DNA from: an uncultured Bacilli bacterium | GTDB taxonomy: Bacteria > Bacillota_I > Bacilli_A > RF39 > UBA660 | Direction: 5' to 3' | Length of the DNA: 64,000 bases | Assembly (NCBI GenBank): GCA_944373095.1 | Contig: CALWAK010000001.1 | Span: forward strand, 12,719-76,718 | In this document: in pieces, positions 59,703 through 64,000 of the stretch | Numbering within the stretch: position 1 is the first letter of the stretch | How the letters are laid out: the number at the start of each line of letters is the position of its first letter | The notes under the pieces: generated by a model | The model's input: only the letters and a program-made list of their open reading frames with translations | Databases searched by the model: none | What the model was told of the DNA's origin: nothing | Translations under genes and position numbers: made by a program

Positions 59703-61013
59703 TTAATTCTTTATACTTTTAATAAATGTTTCTTCTGTACCCATATTTAAAATAGCATAAATAGTACCTTTACTATCTTCTAAATACTTATTTATATCTT
59801 TAAAATCTTTAATAGCAATAATATTATCTTTAGGTATTTTAGTAACTAGTATTCTTAAGGCTATTTCATTAGCAAATGGTCCTACACATATAAATTTATC
59901 AATATTATTTAGTAATTCAAAATCAATATCATATAACCAAGATATATCTTCATAAGGATATCTTTTACTAATATATTCAAAGCCAAAGACAATAGTTTTT
60001 AATTCTTTTTTATTTCTAACATAATTAATAGCTTGATTATAAGAAGTAGCATTTTCATTCTTACCATTTATTATATAACAATCTCTATCATTATATTTTA
60101 ATACTTCATATCTTTGATTTAATAATTCAATATTATTTAAACTAGTTATTATATCTTTAATATCTATACCAATAGTATTACACATGCTAATAGCACCAAT
60201 TAAATTATAATATAAATATAACATTTGATAATTAGTTTTAATTTTATACTTATTATTTATAGTTATAGTATCTTTATTAATATTAGTAATTTCATAATCT
60301 AATTTAGGATGTTTAAAATCACAGTTAGGACAATAATAATCTCCGACATTACCATATTGAACATAATTATATACTAATTTATGGTTACATTTAGGACAGT
60401 AGACCATATCTAAGCAACTAGATATTAAATTATCATAAGATTCACTATTTTTATCTAAACCAAAATAGACTTTTTTAGTATCAAATTTACTAGCTAAAGT
60501 AGTAACAATAGGATCATCACCATTAATAACTAAGATAGCATCTTTAGGAATAGAATCTAATATAACATTATATACTTTTTTATAATTACCATGTCTAGGT
60601 GGTTGATCACGGGTTATATTAGAAAGTAATACATGAGTAGGTTTTATTAAGTCAAATACTTCTTTAGTATATCTTTCATCTATTTCAATAACCATTGCAT
60701 CTAATTTATTTTTACCAAAGATATTAGAATTATCTAAAAATAAATTAATTACTCCAGTTACTAAATTACTTCCTTTACTATTATGCGCTACTTTATAACC
60801 ATTATCCTTTAATATTTTATATATCATATAAGAAGTAGAAGTTTTACCACTGGAACCAGTTACCGCAATTACTATTTTAGGTGGTTTAAATTTACTTAAA
60901 ATATTATGATCTAAATCCCACGCTAGGGCACCTGGATAAACAGACCCTCTTCCCATAAGTTTTAGTATAAACATAATAGATTTACATAAAGACATTATTA
61001 AGATACTTTTCAT
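59703..61013 (-). CDS. murT: Mur-ligase-family lipid II isoglutaminyl synthase subunit MurT-like
   Basis: GSSGKTST P-loop (Mur ligase middle domain), Cys4 ribbon CPKCNHKLVYNYVQYGNVGDYYCPNCDFKHP, and a DUF1727-like C-terminus. Fits MurT. Confidence 0.6.
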   Translation of the reverse strand: MKSILIMSLCKSIMFILKLMGRGSVYPGALAWDLDHNILSKFKPPKIVIAVTGSSGKTSTSYMIYKILKDNGYKVAHNSKGSNLVTGVINLFLDNSNIFGKNKLDAMVIEIDERYTKEVFDLIKPTHVLLSNITRDQPPRHGNYKKVYNVILDSIPKDAILVINGDDPIVTTLASKFDTKKVYFGLDKNSESYDNLISSCLDMVYCPKCNHKLVYNYVQYGNVGDYYCPNCDFKHPKLDYEITNINKDTITINNKYKIKTNYQMLYLYYNLIGAISMCNTIGIDIKDIITSLNNIELLNQRYEVLKYNDRDCYIINGKNENATSYNQAINYVRNKKELKTIVFGFEYISKRYPYEDISWLYDIDFELLNNIDKFICVGPFANEIALRILVTKIPKDNIIAIKDFKDINKYLEDSKGTIYAILNMGTEETFIKSIKN

Positions 61014-61028
61014 ACTACTACTCCATTT

Positions 61029-62024
61029 CTAACATTTATAATATCTTTGATTTTTATTAGTTGGATTATCCGGATAAACCATTTTAATTAATCCATTTTT
61101 GGTAGCGGGAATTAAATAATTTTCTCTAAAAGCCACTCTTGATTTCATATTTAATAATTTCATCAAATCATTAGTAGTATAAAATACATTTTCTTCCATA
61201 ACATCTAATAATTTTTTCACATAAGTATTCATATGATTTAACTCAATATTAACACCTAAGACTAAACTATCTAATATTTCATCAATCATTCGTAACATAA
61301 ATTCAATAAATTCTGTTGAATCACCTTTTAAATTACAATTATTAATTGCTTTATAATATTCGTTTTGATACTTTTTTATAGCACTTTCTATTGGAACATA
61401 TAAAAATATTTCTTCCCAATTAGTTAAAATAACATTTTGCCATAATCTAGCAGTTCTTCCATTACCATCACTAAATGGATGAATAAAAACAAACTCATAA
61501 TGAAATATAGATGATAATATTAAAGGATGAATTTTATTTTCATTTTCTTTTAACCATTTAAAAAGGCTTTTCATTAATCTATTTACTTCGCTAGCAGGAG
61601 GGCAAATATGAATACAATTACCCGATTCATCAAATACGCCCTCACTTCCTAGCCTATATTTACCAGCATCTTTTACGGTTAAATATGTCATAATACCATG
61701 AATATATTTTAAATCATCTATTGAATATGGATTAAGTTCTGGTATTTTTGTATAAGCATTATAAGCATTTTCTACTTCTTGAATTTCTTTTTTAGGTCCA
61801 ATTACTAATTTACCATTTATAATATCTTTAACTTCTTCATATGATAAAGAATTAGCTTCAATAGCAAGAGAAGAATGGATTGATTTTATTCTATTATTAC
61901 GTCTTAATAGAGGCATTTTATCCAAATCTTTATAGTTATCTAATTTACCTATTTTTTTCATAATAGATGATATTTTATCTAACATAATATTAGTTATAGT
62001 AAATGGTGGAACATAGTTACTCAT
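61029..62024 (-). CDS. fic: Fic-family protein (AMPylation/Fido domain) with an internal inhibitory-helix-like SLAIEAN segment
   Basis: Fic motif HPFSDGNGRTARL. An upstream SxxxE[A]N segment is present. RBS AAGAGGT. Confidence 0.8.
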   Translation of the reverse strand: MSNYVPPFTITNIMLDKISSIMKKIGKLDNYKDLDKMPLLRRNNRIKSIHSSLAIEANSLSYEEVKDIINGKLVIGPKKEIQEVENAYNAYTKIPELNPYSIDDLKYIHGIMTYLTVKDAGKYRLGSEGVFDESGNCIHICPPASEVNRLMKSLFKWLKENENKIHPLILSSIFHYEFVFIHPFSDGNGRTARLWQNVILTNWEEIFLYVPIESAIKKYQNEYYKAINNCNLKGDSTEFIEFMLRMIDEILDSLVLGVNIELNHMNTYVKKLLDVMEENVFYTTNDLMKLLNMKSRVAFRENYLIPATKNGLIKMVYPDNPTNKNQRYYKC

Positions 62025-62047
62025 AGCATACCTCTTTATATATAAAA

Positions 62048-62076
62048 ATTATATAATATAATTAATTTAATTACAA
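62048..62076 (-). promoter_or_regulatory. Sigma-A-type promoter of fic (TTGTAA-N17-TATAAT)
   Basis: Read on the minus strand, immediately downstream of the 12-mer repeats. Confidence 0.4.
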
Positions 62077-62079
62077 TAT

Positions 62080-62115
62080 CTTGTATGTTTTCTTGTATGT
62101 TTTCTTGTATGTTTT
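62080..62115. repeat. Three perfect tandem 12-mers (cttgtatgtttt)x3 immediately upstream of the fic promoter -35
   Basis: Seen directly: cttgtatgttttcttgtatgttttcttgtatgtttt. Confidence 0.85.
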
Positions 62116-62118
62116 CAT

Positions 62119-62143
62119 AAAAAATAACTGCAATTTGCAGTTA
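62119..62143 (-). terminator. Palindrome TAACTGCAA-T-TTGCAGTTA + U-tract after the small 46-aa gene
   Basis: Perfect 9-1-9 palindrome, followed on the minus-strand transcript by UUUUUUAUG. Confidence 0.4.
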
Positions 62144-62147
62144 TATA

Positions 62148-62288
62148 TTATAAATTCATCATATCCTTAGCTTCATCTAGCATGTCATCAATTAATTGTT
62201 CTGCTTTCTTTCTAGATGATTTATTCATCAATATAAAAGTTAGAGCAGCACCCATTGCCATACCAGAAGCCATAAACATTTTTTTCAT
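62148..62288 (-). CDS. Unannotated small protein (46 aa), probable small membrane/amphipathic protein
   Basis: Strong RBS AGAGGTGAG before the ATG at 62288. Encodes MKKMFMASGMAMGAALTFILMNKSSRKKAEQLIDDMLDEAKDMMNL. Below the size cutoff of the ORF track. Confidence 0.45.
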   Translation of the reverse strand: MKKMFMASGMAMGAALTFILMNKSSRKKAEQLIDDMLDEAKDMMNL

Positions 62289-62320
62289 CGCTCACCTCTA
62301 ATACTAGTATGAATTAAATC

Positions 62321-64000
62321 TTAAATATTATTCAATAATCTTTCTTTTAAACTAGTTTTTCGATTAGAAGAATAATCATTATTAATAGCCATTTTAAACG
62401 CTACTTCTTCCCCAATAATAACTAATGATTTCTTAGCTCTAGATACCCCCGTATAAATAAGTTTATTATATAACATTCTATTATAACTATTACATACTGG
62501 TAATATGACATGGGGAAACTCACTACCTTGAGATTTATGAATAGATATAGCATAAGCATGTTTTACATAAAACATTTCATCTTTTTTATATATAACATTA
62601 TTATTATCAAAATCTATAGTAATTACAGTACTACTTTTAGGTACTTTTAATACTTCTATACTTTTTATATATCCTATATCCCCATTAAATACACCTTTAT
62701 CAGGATCATTTACTAATTGTAATACTTTATCTCCTACTCGATAAGTAATATCTCCTATTTTAACTTCATTTTTATTATTACTTTTTGGATTAAATAATTC
62801 TCTTAACATAATATTTAAATTATCTATACCATTTACTCCTTTATACATAGGCACTAAAATTTCTATATCTTTATCAGTTAAACCTTTATTAATAGACATA
62901 CTACATATTTTATTAATCATTTCTTTTATAACTATACCACTAGCTTCTAAGAAATTATAATCATCTTTTTTAGTTTTAAAATCAGTACTTAAACATCTAT
63001 CTTTTATTTCTTTAGCAAGTATAGGTATATAAGAATTACTACTTTGTCTATAAATATGATTTAACATACAATTAGTGAACATATTACTATTTATTAAATC
63101 ATTTAATATTAAACCGTTACCTACTGATGGTAATTGAAAAGAATCTCCTACTAATACTAATTGAATATTACTACCTATTCCTTTTAATAATGAATAAAAA
63201 AGGTTAGTATCTACCATAGATGTTTCATCAACAATAATTAATTTATGATAGTTCTTATTAAACTCATTTACTTGAAATTCATTAGATTCTTTATTCCATT
63301 TTAAATACCTATGAATAGTACTAGCACCTAACCCAGTAGATTCAGCTAATTTTTTAGCAGCCCTGCCGGTTGGCGCTAGTAAAGCAATAACACCTTCTAT
63401 ATCTCTATTTTTTATATTATTTAGCTTTATATATAAATTAGTAATTGCTTTTACAATTGTACTTTTACCAGTACCAGGACCACCTGTAATAATCGTAATT
63501 CTATTTTCTAGAGCACTTCTAATGGCATATTTTTGTTCCTCATTATAAGTTACATTAATACTTTCTTGTAACTTAATTATTTCAGTATCAAAGATACTTA
63601 TATCTTTTTTAGGTAATCTATTAATTAACATTAAATCTTTAGCTATAGATACTTCCATATTATAAGTTTCTTTTAAATAATATTTATTATCATCAATTAC
63701 TATATCTTTATTATCTTTTATAATATTATCTATATCATTATCTTCGATAAATATATTAAAATATCTTCTTAATCCATCTATTATTTCATCTAAATAAAAA
63801 TAAGTATCTCCGTTACTATATTCTAATCTTTTAATAGTTTCTATAAAACAGGCTTTTAATCTTATTAAATCATGTTCATTACCTATATTTAAATATACTT
63901 TATCTAATTTATCAAACTCTATTATATTTATTAAATTATAAGGATTTTCTTCTACTATACTTAATGCATTATCTTGATACTTATTAATAATTAATAAAGT
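62321..64000 (-). CDS. RecD2-like SF1 ATP-dependent DNA helicase (partial; N-terminus beyond the window end)
   Basis: Walker A ITGGPGTGKST, LLAPTGRAAKKL, LIIVDETSMV and SIHKSQGSEF motifs. The reading frame stays open upstream of the M at 63658 to the window edge. Confidence 0.7.
   Translation of the reverse strand, partial: TLLIINKYQDNALSIVEENPYNLINIIEFDKLDKVYLNIGNEHDLIRLKACFIETIKRLEYSNGDTYFYLDEIIDGLRRYFNIFIEDNDIDNIIKDNKDIVIDDNKYYLKETYNMEVSIAKDLMLINRLPKKDISIFDTEIIKLQESINVTYNEEQKYAIRSALENRITIITGGPGTGKSTIVKAITNLYIKLNNIKNRDIEGVIALLAPTGRAAKKLAESTGLGASTIHRYLKWNKESNEFQVNEFNKNYHKLIIVDETSMVDTNLFYSLLKGIGSNIQLVLVGDSFQLPSVGNGLILNDLINSNMFTNCMLNHIYRQSSNSYIPILAKEIKDRCLSTDFKTKKDDYNFLEASGIVIKEMINKICSMSINKGLTDKDIEILVPMYKGVNGIDNLNIMLRELFNPKSNNKNEVKIGDITYRVGDKVLQLVNDPDKGVFNGDIGYIKSIEVLKVPKSSTVITIDFDNNNVIYKKDEMFYVKHAYAISIHKSQGSEFPHVILPVCNSYNRMLYNKLIYTGVSRAKKSLVIIGEEVAFKMAINNDYSSNRKTSLKERLLNNI

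Noticed and set aside
62080-62115. Tandem 12-mers and the (TTA)6 tract considered as a CRISPR array
   Set aside because: The repeats are contiguous with no spacers and only 12 bp or 3 bp long. No cas genes are present. They are a direct-repeat regulatory array and a microsatellite respectively.

Overview
Very AT-rich Firmicutes-type chromosomal window using the standard genetic code; ORFs are long and intact, so no TGA recoding. Almost every gene is on the minus strand. Housekeeping blocks are clear. A heat-shock operon runs hrcA-grpE-dnaK-tldD-pmbA-pepF-dnaJ with CIRCE elements upstream. pheS-pheT sits behind a T-box leader. rplU-prp-rpmA, tgt, yvcK, murT, fic and a RecD2-like helicase are also present. 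Two accessory regions stand out. Region 1 (about 2.3-21.0 kb) is a Tad-like cluster with two CpaB/RcpC-like SAF proteins, a CpaF/TadA-like ATPase and TadB- and TadC-like platform proteins. It has no Flp pilin, TadZ or TadV. It is flanked on both sides by a duplicated three-gene cassette: a giant Cys-rich secreted protein (1498 and 1218 aa), a small signal-peptide/C-terminal-TM protein, and an N-terminally anchored protein. One cassette is followed by an ABC transporter and a membrane-anchored CxxC thioredoxin-like protein. Region 2 (about 39.1-47.5 kb) has two tandem, near-identical about 1.95-kb genes encoding 646-aa modular type IV pilin-like proteins. Each has a canonical prepilin leader (M-x-K-K-G|F-T-I-V-E) and an extremely Cys-rich C-terminal module. 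A 1057-aa Listeria-Bacteroides (Flg_new) repeat protein follows, sharing the MNKKGF leader but with Ser at +5. No PilB/PilC/PilD genes are visible. Other items: a LexA-like repressor lacking the catalytic Ser; an IS transposase remnant with a (TTA)6 tract next to a duplicated gene fragment; a BspA-like LRR paralog pair, one disrupted by a frameshift in a T8 homopolymer; sporulation-type LysM and CotS-like genes; and 12-mer direct repeats upstream of fic. All calls are from reading the sequence and ORF translations; no database search was possible.
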